The notes beneath the pieces were generated by a model. It saw only the letters and a list, made by a program, of their open reading frames with translations. It had not been told where the DNA came from and did not search any database. Below, piece after piece: positions 1 to 12,918 of a stretch of 64,000 nt of DNA. This stretch comes from a virus. The position numbers and the translations under genes are program-made. The DNA is taken from the IMG/VR virus record IMGVR_UViG_3300050343_000135, positions 1 to 64,000 of that record; one strand, 5' to 3'. Each line of letters opens with the position of its first letter. The stretch's first letter is position 1.

Positions 1-154
1 ACAGAATATTACAAATTTAGACCACGATATTGGCTCTATGGTTTTATGGCCTGCTTCAGTATCTCACCCACATGAGTGTACAGGACTTAATAATCAGGGA
101 ACTAAGTATAGCTTAACTCTATGGAGTTCTAGAGAAGAAGGAGATGTATATTGA
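1..154 (+). CDS. C-terminal fragment of 2OG-Fe(II) oxygenase (PLOD/lysyl-hydroxylase-like)
   Basis: Manual translation across an indel gives GSMVLWPASVSHPHECTGL..GTKYSLTLWS: distal His plus a basic 2OG-binding residue; TGA at 152-154. Confidence 0.55.
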   Translation, partial: QNITNLDHDIGSMVLWPASVSHPHECTGLNNQGTKYSLTLWSSREEGDVY

Positions 155-725
155 TTATTGTAGATGATTTTATAACAGATATGGATTTACTTGCTAAAAT
201 TAATAATAGCGAGGAATTTTGGGAGTTAGGATATAACTGGTACGATAAGGACGCTCCAATCAGTGCACTTCGGCACGAATTGATACATGCTATATGGGAT
301 CGCTTTGACAAGCCCGAATTTGTCGGGTATGAGCATTGGACGTTGGAAACTACTCTGCAGGAGATCGCAAAGAAGTCTAAAGACTATGATGGAAACTTTC
401 TACCATTTAAAAAGACACTTTGATAAAGACGAAGACTTATGGCACGACACAGGAGAAGTAGTCTCTCCTGCTGTTGGCACAATTTTTTACCCCTGTAAAG
501 AGAATGATGAGATTGAAGGTGGTAAACTTGATTGTTTGGAATACAAAAACAGAAGAAATTATTGATGATTATGAACTAATTGCTCCTAAATATAATCGGC
601 TTGTTATATTTGATGCAGGTCAGTTGCATGGTGTTCAAATGATAAAGAAAGGCACAAGAAAGGCAATCGCTATTAATCTGTGGGCTAAAGTACCGAAAAC
701 GTTTCAGCATGAAGATAAATCATAA
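151..725 (+). CDS. 2OG-Fe(II) oxygenase, split over three frames by indels
   Basis: Joined ORFs give HFDKDE (HxD), then NRLVIFDAGQLHGV...TRKAIAINLW. Confidence 0.75.
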
Positions 726-1309
726 AGATATACCCCACTATACATCCAAGAATTCCACATATATCTCTATCTAGCTTCATTTAAAGTATCTCTCTTATTA
801 TACTCCCAGTTTTCTCTGGGAGTACCTCTACTGACTCAAGCCCACATACATACGGAATCGTTCTTATTTCGTATTATCTTTGCAGTCGGGTGAAAACCCT
901 ATTCCTCCCATAGTAACTTTTGTAATCACTACGTCATCAATAAGGCTCTACTATGTGTAATCCTGAGTGACTATGAGTCATATTTGCTTCAAGCAATCGA
1001 AATTCATGTTTTACATGTGGTATTAACATATTTCATACATTACATTTCAGGTTTTGTACATTATCTTTACATGCTATCTTTTCCATACAGTACTCTGTAT
1101 ACTCATTTGTAATTGTATAGTCATATAGTTGTATTTTTATATCGAACCATAAACACTCTCGCAGTGTAAATCATCGTTGATGTGTGTGAATGTATATAGT
1201 TAGATATTGGTTGTGTAAGTTTTTTCGAGTAGAAGCTATATAATTCTCGAGGACTCTACTCGTGAGTCGTATACATCCTATTCCATGATAATAAGGATCT
1301 CGTATTTGC

Positions 1310-1867
1310 TAAATTTTTTAATTCATCTATGGTTATCATAGGCGTACTCAGGTGTTAAAGAAGTTGTCATAGAATCTATCACAGTGCTCTTATATCAAGT
1401 TTGTGGTATCGAATCATTTTAGCTCATAGCATATTTTATCATAGAACAAGTCTTCGTAGTACCATATTCTATCTGTGAGCAATACTTCCTCTAAAGCTTC
1501 TCGTGATATCTCATATACTTTTGCTCTAAGTCCTGGCTAATTTCAGGTAACTCGTCATCTAGTCGGGAGTATACTTATCTACAAAGTTTTTAGTGTGACA
1601 ACCTTGATTATAGCTTTTAAATCCTGCATCTACATCTTGTCTACTAATGTAAATAACTTTGTCATATTGCGCACTTATAATCTGTCCCCATTCTCTTTCT
1701 ATGGTGTACTAAGCTCTTTACTATATGTTCTCCTTGAAGGAAGCACATGATTCCACCTGCTCCAAGGCTCAAAATAAGAATGATATTCAAAGTAATTTGC
1801 TTGCAATTGCATTGTATAAAGCTGACGACCCTGAACGAGGAGTAGCAAGTATAAGTAGTTTTTTCAT
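1310..1867 (-). CDS. Sulfotransferase-family protein (frameshifted; 3' end approximate)
   Basis: ATG at 1867 reads MKKLLILATPRSGSSALYNAI, a PAPS-binding loop, followed by an FEPW motif. Confidence 0.55.
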
Positions 1868-2328
1868 AATAAGTCTTTTAGTAATATAGGCTGTGGCCAA
1901 TTTTGTGTTTTGTATTTACCATCTTTTCTAACAGATAGTTGTTTGATTTTATATAGAAAAGGAGCAATGTATTCAACTTCTCTTTGATCTTTATAAGAGT
2001 AATTTCTAAGTTTATATCTTATTATTTCTTCATCAAAAACATAAGAGTCGTCTGTGCACTCATTGAATCTATCTATGTGTTCAAAAAGTTTTGTATTTGG
2101 ATATATACAAATATCTAAAGGTATAGGAAATTGTTTATAGCATTCTATTTTTAATTCCCAAAGATCTAAAGCTAATTCAGGAGTCACTTCTCCTACAAAT
2201 TGTATATCTACATCAGGACTTTCATTCAAAATAAAGTTGCTCCACATATAAATTGTATGATTAGGGTAACGTTCTATTAAATTTTTTGACTTTAATAATT
2301 GTAAATAGTCAACTAAGACCTTTCTCAT
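1864..2328 (-). CDS. Hypothetical protein
   Basis: 154 aa ORF tightly coupled to both neighbours. Confidence 0.6.
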   Translation of the reverse strand: MRKVLVDYLQLLKSKNLIERYPNHTIYMWSNFILNESPDVDIQFVGEVTPELALDLWELKIECYKQFPIPLDICIYPNTKLFEHIDRFNECTDDSYVFDEEIIRYKLRNYSYKDQREVEYIAPFLYKIKQLSVRKDGKYKTQNWPQPILLKDLL

Positions 2329-2330
2329 TA

Positions 2331-3212
2331 TTAACTTCCGTCATCATCAAAACTTGAAGCTGATAATCTTGGATTACTACTACTTATATAGTTTTTTCTA
2401 ATATAATGATGGTCTGCGGTAGTTGCGTCGTCTGTATGTCTAAGTTCTATTCTTATATATCCACCTGAATTTAATCTCATTACAGTCTGACTTACTCCAC
2501 TAGTACTAGTTTCATTTGCTTTACAATAGACTTTTAAATTCAATAAGATATTTGGTATAGGATTCCAGTCTCTCCATGCAGTGGTAAAACTAGCATTGGT
2601 TTGGTCTCCACCTGTTCCAACATAACTTTGTTGAGACACAAAATTACTCACATTATAATACCCAAAATAAATAGCTTCATTTGAGTGCTCTGCAGTAAAA
2701 GTTACATTTAATCCACTAACAGCCCATCTCCATTGTAATCCATGGTCTGCATTTCTTACGGAGCTTGTTGAAGTGTCATAATAAGGATTGATAGTCATAG
2801 TCAAAGTATCATCAATAGCTCCATTAGTACCTAGAGATGGCCCGTCTGTATTATCCTTATAGAAAACATTAATTGTATTATTTGTCAAGGGTTGTAAAGC
2901 AATTTTAGTACCTGCATAGGCTTGACCACCACTTTCGTCATCCTGACTGTTTGTAAAATCATCTGTACCTGCCGTGTCATATCCAGGTGCCGAGGAATCA
3001 TCTGCCCCTCCAAATTCAAACTTAGTTGCACCATAGAAGTCTGAAAATGATATTGCAGTATTTGATGCTTTAGGGATATCTCTACCTGTTGCTTCTACTA
3101 AGTATCTAATTGAGTGGTCATTCATTTGACTTGTTTGACCTCCTGCAAAACTACTATTTCCTTCTACATATATGTCGTTAAGTGATATTGCTCCTGATGT
3201 TTGTAATGCCAT
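2331..3212 (-). CDS. Tail-fibre-associated virion protein
   Basis: N-terminal [14 protein letters not shown]...ISFSDFYG motif typical of genes following chaperone-bearing fibres. Confidence 0.65.
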   Translation of the reverse strand: MALQTSGAISLNDIYVEGNSSFAGGQTSQMNDHSIRYLVEATGRDIPKASNTAISFSDFYGATKFEFGGADDSSAPGYDTAGTDDFTNSQDDESGGQAYAGTKIALQPLTNNTINVFYKDNTDGPSLGTNGAIDDTLTMTINPYYDTSTSSVRNADHGLQWRWAVSGLNVTFTAEHSNEAIYFGYYNVSNFVSQQSYVGTGGDQTNASFTTAWRDWNPIPNILLNLKVYCKANETSTSGVSQTVMRLNSGGYIRIELRHTDDATTADHHYIRKNYISSSNPRLSASSFDDDGS

Positions 3213-6200
3213 TATTTATTCTCCACTAGCTTTTTAAGCTCTTCTATCTGTTCTTGTTGCTCTTTTATTGCTTCTACTAGTAGTCCTACCATACTTCCAT
3301 AAGAAACAGTTTTGATATCTTCATCTTTATTATACCCAATAACTTCAGGCAAGACTTTTTCGACTTCTTGAGCTATTACACCGGTATGTCTTTCATTATC
3401 TTCTATATCATTACGAGTAAAAGTTACTCCTCTTATTTGTTTTACTTTTTCAATAGCATTCTCAATAACTTTTACATCATCTTTTAGCTTTTTATCAGAG
3501 TAAGCTGTTATATTTGCTGTTGCAAGTATATTACCTGTTACATGCAGTGCTTCAGTTGGCTGAGAGCTTGATCCAATTCTAACTTTGCCGCCATTAGGTT
3601 GTAATAATAAATTATAATAAGTTGCAGTATTTGTTCTTTGTTGCTGTATATAACCATTACCATTAGTAATTGACCCAACAAACATTCCATAAGTAGTAAG
3701 GTCAGCACTAAAGATTGCTGCTCCACCTGCTCCTGCTCCTGCTGCTGGTACTGATGCAGATGCAGGGCCTAAGGCTTGTAATTTAGCTAATGGGTCAACA
3801 CTACTAAAGTTTCCGATTCCTACGTTATTATGATCAACAACAAAGCCATCTTGAGGTTTTGAAATACTTGTAGGTTCTCCATCATACCCAGTAGCAATAT
3901 GTATTCTACCATTTGAATTTTTAGCCCAAATGCGAAGTTCAGCATCTGCATCATCGTGTTGTCGTATACCAGTGTGCCAAGAGTCGTTTGACCCAAATAC
4001 TATTGAACCTTCATAGTTACCATTCTGCACGTTAATTTTAGGTGTTGTTATGTTTTTGTTGCCATCTATTACTGTTGTTGAGCCTATTTTATAGGCACCT
4101 GCTCTAAAATTACCATCAGCAGCAGGAATTCCAGTACTAGAATAACTACCATAGGCTAACTCACTACTTGCATTCATCCATAAAGAATTTGAAACCCTAC
4201 TACCCCAGTGAAAATTTAAATTAGGTCCATCTCTATCTTCGCCATCTCCTGCTCCTGCTAACCCTCTTTCACGAATAGATATAGGTGAGTTTACCCAGTC
4301 ATCTTGTGATGACATGCTACTATAGAAACTTGCCATACTAGTGCTTGTACCTGAGAAAGTTCCTGTTGCACCTGTTGCACCTTTTGAACCTGCTGCTCCT
4401 TTCTGACCTTTTGGACCTGCAACTGTACTTGCAGCACCTGTAGCACCTTTTGGACCTGCAACTGTACTTGCAGCACCTGTAGCACCTTTAGCACCTGTAG
4501 CTCCTTTAGCTCCTCCGCCACCTGTAGCTCCTTTAGCTCCTCCGGCTCCTGTATCTCCTTTAGCTCCTCCGGCTCCTACTTCACCTTTCTGACCTTTTGT
4601 AGAAGAACCGGTAGCTCCTTTAGCTCCTCCCGCTCCTACTTCACCTTTTTGTCCTTTAGGACCTGAAGAAGTATCAGCTGTTGTTAAAACTCTTAGCTGT
4701 GTTGTTTGACCTACATACATATCTCCAGTAGTTGCTATTCCCCCACTAATAATATTGTTTAAATCTATTTTTGCTGCTTCATTTGTTAAATTAGCAAAAT
4801 TTCCTACTGTACCCGGATTAGTAGCGCCTGCTATAAAATCTTTTAACACCCAACCTGCGGTATGAATATTATCGCCTAATAAAAATACTTTAAGAGTGTT
4901 ACTAGCATCATCAATATAAACCTGAAGAAGTGCTCCGTCATACGTGCCTCCTTCCATTATACGAATATATCTATAAGGTGTACCTGAGTATCTACCAGTA
5001 TGTAAAACGGTAAGTTCTGAGCTGTTGCCATAGTGATGCGAAGCATAAAAAATAGCACCTTGATGATCGCCGCTATTTTCGTCCATAATACCAAATCGAG
5101 CCATTGCTCTGTTTCCAGCATTCGCAGCAATAGTATACCATCCAACTCCCGCATTAGTTATTGCATGCTGTGTATGTGTATTATTTATAAAAGCTGAGCT
5201 ATCTATGCCATCTAATAATCCTGCATTACCGGCTTCATTACCTTTAGCACCTGTAGCTCCTTTAGCTCCTCCGGCTCCTGTAGCTCCTTTAGCACCAGCA
5301 CCACCTGTGGCTCCTTTAGCACCTGCGGCTCCTCCTGCTCCTTTCTGACCTTTTGGACCTGCAACTGTACTTGCAGCACCTGTAGCACCTTTTGGACCTG
5401 CAACTGTACTTGCAGCACCTGTAGCACCTTTAGCACCTGTAGCACCTTTAGCTCCTGTAGCTCCTTTTGGACCTGCGACTGTACTTGCAGCACCTGTAGG
5501 ACCTTTAGCACCTGTAGCTCCTTTTGGACCTGCGACTGTACTATTCGCACCTGTAGGACCTTTAGCTCCTGTTGGACCTGCTACTGTACTATCTGCTCCT
5601 GTAGCACCTTTAGCACCTGGAGCACCTTTCTGACCTTTTGGGCCTATACCACCTGAACCACCTACTCCACCTGTTGGACCTAGCTCACCTTTCTGACCTT
5701 TAGTTGCGGCACCAGTAGCTCCTTTAGCACCTGTAGCACCTTTAGCTCCTCCGCCCCCTGTATTTCCTATCTCACCTTTTTGACCTTTTGAACCTGTTCC
5801 ACCTGTACTACCTACTTCACCTTTAAGACCAGTACTTGGACCAACCCAAGTACCTGATGCATTGATAACTTACAGTTGTACCATATATATACTATTATTA
5901 TCTATTTGAACCTACTGTACCAAGCCAGTGCTAACTCTATTTGACCAAGTTGTATCGTTATTTGGGAAGGCATACATAATTACACCACCCTCTGCTCCTA
6001 GAAATACGGTTTCAGTTGCATTACTGATATTTGTATTCAGAACGCCACTTGTATCGCCAGCTGCAATAATGATGGCGTCATCATGACCAAGCGTAAGCGC
6101 TCCATTTGCAGTCATTCTTTGTAAAATTGCTTGGTTATCTACTTTCAGAATAGTTCCTGTGTCGGGAGTATAGTCTATCGATCCAGTTAATGTAAGTGTT

Positions 6201-6535
6201 CCTGAAAGTGACATATCAGCTAAGTTAGTAATATTATTACTATTCATATTCAAGTCTGTACCCATTCGAATATTACTATCTGATTGTCCAAGAGTTACAG
6301 TTACCCCTGTTAGCCCCCTTATTTCCCCTGCTTGTTCAAATACTATATCAACATTTGCTGTTCCGTCTCCTACAAAAATATCAGATGTAGTATCTCCTAT
6401 AGAAATATCTCCGCCCGCATTTGTTATTATTAGATTACCATTTGCATCGGTTTCAATTGTAGCGTCTATATTTGCTGATGAATCTTTAAAGTCAAGCTTC
6501 CTTGATCCAGGTGTTATTAATAAATCATTGCTCAT
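3212..6535 (-). CDS. Collagen-repeat tail fibre with C-terminal intramolecular chaperone (peptidase S74); indel(s) near 5870-5930
   Basis: Gly-X-Y blocks at ~4370-4665 and ~5240-5830; C-terminal SDKKLK...[13 protein letters not shown]...LLVEAIKE; the 3212-5104 frame stays open upstream to ~5870. Confidence 0.8.
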
Positions 6536-9027
6536 TTGAGTCTTCCTCCTAGTCTTGTTTTTCTTGCTGTAAAGCTATCTGCTTTTTTGACTGTTTCATT
6601 TGTTTGCATTATGTTTTTGGTTTGCATCGCAGTACTATGATATCTTTCATCTAATCTTGCTATTTGTTCTTTAATCCAAAATCCTTCCGCTGCATTTCTA
6701 TTAGTACTATAAACTCCCGCCATTACAGTAGAAGGCCATTCATAAGGGCCATATGTTAATTGTTGTTCTTCATAGTCAGTCTCTGCTGCTGAAGTATAAT
6801 TAGCTTGTAATCTTACACCTGTAAATCTGTGGTCTCCACTACTTTCTCCACTTGCCAATGCATTAGTTCTATTTGATACCGTAATATCTGCAATCCCTAA
6901 ACGTGGATATGTGCCACTAAAATCTGGATCAAGTTTTACTTTTGCCGAGTATCTTAGTGTAGTATTTGCAGGAACATAAATTGTATCTAAATATCCAGGG
7001 CTTTCATCACTATCATATCTTCTAAAAAATCTCCACGCTCCTTCATCATTATCATAAAAAGCTTCCCAACGATAACCATATTTTCTTACATGATCTACTT
7101 CAAAATTGTGCTCATTTACCGTTAAAACTCGACCCACTCCTTGGAACATATTGCCTCCTCTATACTGTCCATCTTGTGCAGTGCCTTTTGTTGTTGCATC
7201 ATTATATGGCTGTGGAAATCCACTTGGACTTCTAACTTCGCAATAAGATAATCCAGCATCACTAAATTCGGAGTTCAGTCCATATCTATGCCCAGTAAAT
7301 TTACACTTGTATATAGCCATAGGATTCCATGACATATGTACTAAGTTTAATCCATAATTATTGGCATCAGTTGTATTTGAATGAAAGCCTCTACCTCCAC
7401 CAGAATATGGTGCGTATAGTCTATACCCATAATTATTTCTTGATGTATGATTGTAAGCTACTTCCCAAAGATTATCCATACCCTCTAATCTCATTGCAAA
7501 ACTATCTTGACCATGGACTATATTATGATAAACTTTATACCCCGGCTCATAGTAAGTTGAAATCCCGTCGTCTCCATGTAAAACTGTACAGCATCTTGCT
7601 GCCGCGGATCTGCAATCATATAACCATAAAGGACCCCAGTCTCTTTCATGTGCATTATCTGGATAAATATGAATCGCAAGTCCTTCTACCCAAGTACCTG
7701 TTTTTCTATCTGGTATTGTTTCTGTAAGTGTAACGTCAATATTACCGCTATCATGAGAATTTAGTCCTCTCAAAACTACTCCAGTTCGAGTATTTGTGTT
7801 TCCATTTCCCCAATTCTTAAAGTATGCATCTTTAACAATACATGCTCTATTCCAGCTACTTGTATGCTCTACGTATAAGAATCCAAAATCTGTACCGGGT
7901 GTAAGACACTCAAACTTAACATCTCGTGTTAAACGAACTACTCTTACATTAGTTTTTACTGTGTAATCAACCGCTGCGTTTACTGTTATATTATTTCCAC
8001 TTATAGCACTAATAGTATGTAAAGTATGTTTATGGCTTGCGCTCCAATATCCTTGATAGTCTGTAGTTCCATCAGCTTCTGAAACTCTTTCAATATAGAT
8101 GTCGTCTCCTACTACAAACATACTAGAATCGAGAACAGAAATAGTAGTGCCAGTGCTTGATGTTTCTGCTGTAGTTAAAGTACAAACTTTTCTTACTTTA
8201 GAAGCAGTTACATGAGCTTTTTCTAGTCCGCCGAGATAAATAGTTTCTCCTACTTGATTTGCTTTATTCGTTATGTCTGCACTAAAAGTTATTTTGTTTT
8301 TATTATAATTAATGTTACTAATTGTTCTAAAGTTTCTATCTGACCCTGTGTTAAAAATTACTCGCTGATTGACGCGAAAGACTTTAGCATTATCGACAAA
8401 CACGGCATCATTTCCACTTGTCTTCGTAATTGTTGCTTCTGGACTTACATAGTGTCTAACATAAAGATTGCTACCTGAAATATCATGAATCCAGAATCCT
8501 TCATCATGGAATCCTTCAATTGGTGAAGCCCAGTCTGTACCACTATAAGTAGTTGTAATATCATATACTGCTATCTGTTCGCCTATAGCAAAGTCACTTG
8601 CACTTGATACAGGTAAATATTCGCCATTTACTACAGTAGCACTTGTTGTTGTTGTAGTAGGCATACCATCACTTCCTTCAATAATTAAATCTGCTCCTGC
8701 TTCATTATCTACTACTATGCCATGGTTATCTCCCTCTGCTCCTTTTACTTGTACTGTTAATCCCGCTCTTGCATGAAAAGTTCCACCACTTCCACGTACT
8801 CTTAACTCTCCATTTAGTCGAAAAGTCATTGTTGCATTAAGTTGACTTTGTAATATTCCACGAACAGTAATATTTCCCCAACCATTTGTCGGAGTTGCTA
8901 TTCCACTATCAATTGTTACAGTATGTCCTGCTGTAATTGTAAAAGTATCGCCGTCTGCAGGAGTTGAGCCTCCCCAAGTTGCTGAACTTGACCAGTTACC
9001 TGATTGTGATGAAGTTAGTGCTGCCAT
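6532..9027 (-). CDS. Large beta-rich virion/tailspike-like protein (G8/beta-helix-like)
   Basis: 831 aa; N-terminal SGNWSSSATWGG..PADGDTFTITAGHTVT motif; lies in the fibre cluster. Confidence 0.55.
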   Translation of the reverse strand: MAALTSSQSGNWSSSATWGGSTPADGDTFTITAGHTVTIDSGIATPTNGWGNITVRGILQSQLNATMTFRLNGELRVRGSGGTFHARAGLTVQVKGAEGDNHGIVVDNEAGADLIIEGSDGMPTTTTTSATVVNGEYLPVSSASDFAIGEQIAVYDITTTYSGTDWASPIEGFHDEGFWIHDISGSNLYVRHYVSPEATITKTSGNDAVFVDNAKVFRVNQRVIFNTGSDRNFRTISNINYNKNKITFSADITNKANQVGETIYLGGLEKAHVTASKVRKVCTLTTAETSSTGTTISVLDSSMFVVGDDIYIERVSEADGTTDYQGYWSASHKHTLHTISAISGNNITVNAAVDYTVKTNVRVVRLTRDVKFECLTPGTDFGFLYVEHTSSWNRACIVKDAYFKNWGNGNTNTRTGVVLRGLNSHDSGNIDVTLTETIPDRKTGTWVEGLAIHIYPDNAHERDWGPLWLYDCRSAAARCCTVLHGDDGISTYYEPGYKVYHNIVHGQDSFAMRLEGMDNLWEVAYNHTSRNNYGYRLYAPYSGGGRGFHSNTTDANNYGLNLVHMSWNPMAIYKCKFTGHRYGLNSEFSDAGLSYCEVRSPSGFPQPYNDATTKGTAQDGQYRGGNMFQGVGRVLTVNEHNFEVDHVRKYGYRWEAFYDNDEGAWRFFRRYDSDESPGYLDTIYVPANTTLRYSAKVKLDPDFSGTYPRLGIADITVSNRTNALASGESSGDHRFTGVRLQANYTSAAETDYEEQQLTYGPYEWPSTVMAGVYSTNRNAAEGFWIKEQIARLDERYHSTAMQTKNIMQTNETVKKADSFTARKTRLGGRLK

Positions 9028-9197
9028 TAGTCTTCTGCTCCCGCCGGTGTTTGTATATCTATTATAGATTCTAATTCTTCCATGTCTATTGTAATTATTT
9101 TATTAACTCCGTCATTTTCAATAGAGATATTTGTATCTTGGTCTTCTTGCATAACAGTAATTGTATTATCTGGCTCTAGTTTAAATTTAACTCTCAT
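9027..9197 (-). CDS. Small acidic hypothetical protein (56 aa)
   Basis: [20 protein letters not shown]...; overlaps both neighbours' start/stop. Confidence 0.55.
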   Translation of the reverse strand: MRVKFKLEPDNTITVMQEDQDTNISIENDGVNKIITIDMEELESIIDIQTPAGAED

Positions 9198-12100
9198 ATT
9201 CCACCTCGAATCTTTCTACGTCTTTTCTTTCTGCTTGTATATAATAGAAATAATTATCTCCATTTACAAACACTTTATTGTCCTTTATCTCTTCGACATA
9301 TAAATCTTGTCCACTGCCGATAGCCGTTAGTTGTACTGTAATTGTATCTTCATGTATTAAATTGACCCAATAGTCTGGTAAAGATATAATATTTTCTTTC
9401 GATTTGCCTCGGACATATACGGAATGCTCTGGGCCCTCAACCACACCGTGATGTAGTCTCATTCCTTTTTTGGAAGGATGTTCTATATCGAAAGATTTTG
9501 TTGTTGCTGATAGTAATCCTGTTACTGTTACCCCTGTTGAGGTTGTTTCTAATTTTTTACTTCCATAATGAAAGAGCTTTAATGAACCTTCAGAGCCATC
9601 TGCAAATAAATATGTTGTTAAACCACCTGAACCATCATCTGACTGTATAAAAATATCTTTATCATTTGATAAATTGTTGATATATAAAGTGCCTGTACTG
9701 TTTTGAATATAAGAATCTGTAGCGTTATGATATATCTGTAAGTCATTATCGTCACCTAGTGCTATATGACTGTTATCACCCCATCTTGTAATCAACTGAC
9801 TTGCAGTTGCTTGGCTTCCATCTAGTCTAAAATATACAGCAGAGCTTCCTGAACCATCATCAGACCAAAATCTTATATCTGAGTCATCTGCAAAGTTTTT
9901 AAAATCAAGATTTCCTGTGTAGTTTGAAATCACAGAGTTAGTTCCGTTGTGTAATAGTCTTAGATCATTAGCTCCTCCAAACTGAGCTTGTCCGTTATCA
10001 GCCAGTGATATATTACCTGAGAAACTATGTCCTGTACTGGTAGCTGATAGTCTTGCATCAAAATCTTCACTAGTGCTATTTTTAAAATCTATATAAGCAC
10101 CACCACTTGTTCTAGTAATCTCAATATTACCATCTGTTCCTAATTGAATTACATTACCGCCTGAAGCTGCTGTTATAGCGCCTGTAGTAGATAATGTAGA
10201 GCCATCAAATGTTAAACCCGATTCACCATTAATTGCAGTACTTGAAGACGCGGTTAAAACTCGATTATTCGCAAAGTTTGCAATTGCAGTAATACCTGCT
10301 TGTGCACCTGTAGCTCCTTTTACACCTGTAGCTCCTTTAGCACCTGTACCACCCCCGGCTCCTGTAGCTCCTTTAGCTCCTGCAGTACCTGTAGCTCCTT
10401 TTGCTCCTGTAGTACCTGTAACTCCTACTTCTCCTTTTTGACCTTTTGCACCAGTAGGACCTGTATTTCCTGTTGTACCCGTTGTTCCGGTACTTCCTAT
10501 CTCACCTTTTTGACCTTTTGAACCTGTACTGCCTCCAGCACCTGTAGCTCCTTTAGCTCCTGTTGGGCCTGTTAGACCTGTTGGACCTGTGAGGCCTGTT
10601 CCACCAGTAGCTCCTTTTGAACCTGTTGCTCCTCCGCTACCTGTAGCTCCTTTTGGACCTGTTCCACCTGTAACTCCTATTTGACCTTTTTGTCCTTTTG
10701 CTCCTGTAACTCCAACTTCACCTTTTGCACCTGTTGGACCTGTTGGACCTGTTGGACCTGCTACTGTACTGTCTGCTCCTGTAGCTCCTTTAGCACCTCC
10801 GCCACCTGTTTGACCTTTCTGTCCTTTTGGACCTGTACCACCTGTACCACCTGTACCACCTGTTGGGCCTGTACTACCAACTTCACCTTTTGCACCTGTA
10901 GGACCCGTTGGACCCGTTGGACCTGTACCTCCGGTAACTCCTTTAACGCCTACTTCTCCCTTAGCTCCTGTTGAACCTGTAGCTCCTTTTGCTCCTGTTG
11001 TACCTGTATTACCTCCAGCACCTGTAGCACCTTTAGCACCAGTTGGACCTGCTACTGTACTATCTGCTCCTGTATTTCCTATCTCACCTTTTTGACCTTT
11101 TGGGCCTGTTCCTGGGTTTACAAAACTTAAAGCTCCTGATCCGTCTGTTCCAAGTAGCTGATTTGCGCTTCCGTCTGTAGTTGGGAATGTGTATGCATCA
11201 TTAAATGAAATTGCACCACTAGTAGCAATTTTTAGTCTTACTGTACTATTTGATTTTAGACCGAATACGTGATTTGAGTCTGTACCTACATAACCAGCAG
11301 CAGATTGAGCTTGAAGATTAATTTTTGCACCACTAGCTCTTTCAACATCTATTTCGGTATTTCCTGTAGATTTTACGTGTAAATTATGAGTTGGAGAAGT
11401 TGTTCCAATACCAACACCTCCTCCATCAGTTGCATGTTCAACAAATAATTTAATTCCACCCTGACTTAAAGAACCAGTAGCAATGCCAATTCCTTGATTA
11501 CCCGTTCCAGGGTTATGTCTAAATATTCCTTCTCCAGAACCTGCACTTCCTAATCTTAACCCGTCAAAAATAGCTGCAACTCCATCGACTTCTAATTTAT
11601 TAGAAGGATCAGTTGCTCCGATTCCAACGTTACCATCATTTGTAAATCTTACTTTTTCTGAACCTTCAAAGAAAAATCCTAAATCTGAATCGTTTGTAGC
11701 TTGTCTTATGCCTGCTATATGAATATCTGCATCATTATTTCTAAAATGTATATGAGCTCGTGTATTTGCAGAAGCAGTACTATTCTCAAGTTTTAGTCCT
11801 GCACTTCCCCAAGCACCGCTGTTTCCCCCTGAATATGCAGTATCTGTATCAGCAAATGCTATATGTAGCTTTTCAGTTGGTGAACTTGCTCCGATACCAA
11901 CGTTACCATTATTTAAAATAGTCATATGGTTTACAAATGATCCTGACCCATTCCTAGTTTCAAAATTAAAAGCATTAGTAGTATCAGGAGTATCATCTTC
12001 AAATCTTATTCTTTGCCAATAACTTCCATCAAGACTTCCAATATAACCGTTGTTTATAAACTCTATATTACCTTCAACATGAAGTTTTTCAGTTGGCGAA

Positions 12101-12873
12101 GTTGTTCCGATACCTAAATTAGATCCATTGAATGTTAAGCCTGATTCGGCATTGATAGCTGTTCCGGAAGATGCAGTTAAAACTCTGTTATCTGCAAAAT
12201 TAGCTATAGCTGTAATTCCAGCTTGTTGACCTTTCTGTCCCTTAGAACCTGAAGCACCCGTAACTCCTACTTCGCCTTTGGCTCCTGTAGCTCCTTTAGC
12301 TCCTGCAGTACCTGTAGCTCCTTTTGCTCCCGCACCGCCTGTAGCACCTATTTCCCCTTTTTGACCTTTTGGACCTGTACCTCCAGTACCTCCAGTACCA
12401 CCTGTTGGACCTGTAAGACCTACTTCACCTTTAGCTCCTGTTGGACCTGTTGGACCTGTTGGACCTGTTGGACCTGCTACTGTACTGTCTGCTCCTGTGG
12501 CTCCTGTAACTCCTTTAGCACCTGTAGCACCTTTTGAACCTGTACTACCTCCAGCACCTGTAGCTCCTTTAGCTCCTGCAGTACCTGTAGCTCCTTTTGC
12601 TCCTGCAGTACCTGTTGGACCTGTTGGACCTGTTGGACCTGCTACTGTACTTGCAGCACCTGTAGCTCCTTTTTGACCTGTAGCTCCGCCTGCTCCTGTG
12701 GAGCCTTTTGGACCTGTTTGACCTAATTCTACTATTGCTTCAGTTCCATCATCTTTCTTGATAAAAACTTTACCGTCGTAGGTATTGATAGCAACTTCAC
12801 CGAGTGCTAAATCTGTTGTCTCAGGCGCGTTTCCTTGTTGCGCTGAGCGTTTTAATTTGATTGTTTGTGCCAT
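9187..12873 (-). CDS. Long collagen-repeat tail fibre
   Basis: 1228 aa; [10 protein letters not shown]...[14 protein letters not shown] anchor, two collagen blocks, GNVGIG repeats, C-terminal KSFDIEHP...[10 protein letters not shown] domain. Confidence 0.85.
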   Translation of the reverse strand: MAQTIKLKRSAQQGNAPETTDLALGEVAINTYDGKVFIKKDDGTEAIVELGQTGPKGSTGAGGATGQKGATGAASTVAGPTGPTGPTGTAGAKGATGTAGAKGATGAGGSTGSKGATGAKGVTGATGADSTVAGPTGPTGPTGPTGAKGEVGLTGPTGGTGGTGGTGPKGQKGEIGATGGAGAKGATGTAGAKGATGAKGEVGVTGASGSKGQKGQQAGITAIANFADNRVLTASSGTAINAESGLTFNGSNLGIGTTSPTEKLHVEGNIEFINNGYIGSLDGSYWQRIRFEDDTPDTTNAFNFETRNGSGSFVNHMTILNNGNVGIGASSPTEKLHIAFADTDTAYSGGNSGAWGSAGLKLENSTASANTRAHIHFRNNDADIHIAGIRQATNDSDLGFFFEGSEKVRFTNDGNVGIGATDPSNKLEVDGVAAIFDGLRLGSAGSGEGIFRHNPGTGNQGIGIATGSLSQGGIKLFVEHATDGGGVGIGTTSPTHNLHVKSTGNTEIDVERASGAKINLQAQSAAGYVGTDSNHVFGLKSNSTVRLKIATSGAISFNDAYTFPTTDGSANQLLGTDGSGALSFVNPGTGPKGQKGEIGNTGADSTVAGPTGAKGATGAGGNTGTTGAKGATGSTGAKGEVGVKGVTGGTGPTGPTGPTGAKGEVGSTGPTGGTGGTGGTGPKGQKGQTGGGGAKGATGADSTVAGPTGPTGPTGAKGEVGVTGAKGQKGQIGVTGGTGPKGATGSGGATGSKGATGGTGLTGPTGLTGPTGAKGATGAGGSTGSKGQKGEIGSTGTTGTTGNTGPTGAKGQKGEVGVTGTTGAKGATGTAGAKGATGAGGGTGAKGATGVKGATGAQAGITAIANFANNRVLTASSSTAINGESGLTFDGSTLSTTGAITAASGGNVIQLGTDGNIEITRTSGGAYIDFKNSTSEDFDARLSATSTGHSFSGNISLADNGQAQFGGANDLRLLHNGTNSVISNYTGNLDFKNFADDSDIRFWSDDGSGSSAVYFRLDGSQATASQLITRWGDNSHIALGDDNDLQIYHNATDSYIQNSTGTLYINNLSNDKDIFIQSDDGSGGLTTYLFADGSEGSLKLFHYGSKKLETTSTGVTVTGLLSATTKSFDIEHPSKKGMRLHHGVVEGPEHSVYVRGKSKENIISLPDYWVNLIHEDTITVQLTAIGSGQDLYVEEIKDNKVFVNGDNYFYYIQAERKDVERFEVEYES

Positions 12874-12918
12874 ATCTATGTAACCTTATTGTTGAGTATA
12901 TACTCAGGTATTTATTTA

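Noticed and set aside
720-1310. A - strand gene with a nameable function
   Set aside because: Probably coding, but too broken by indels to translate reliably.
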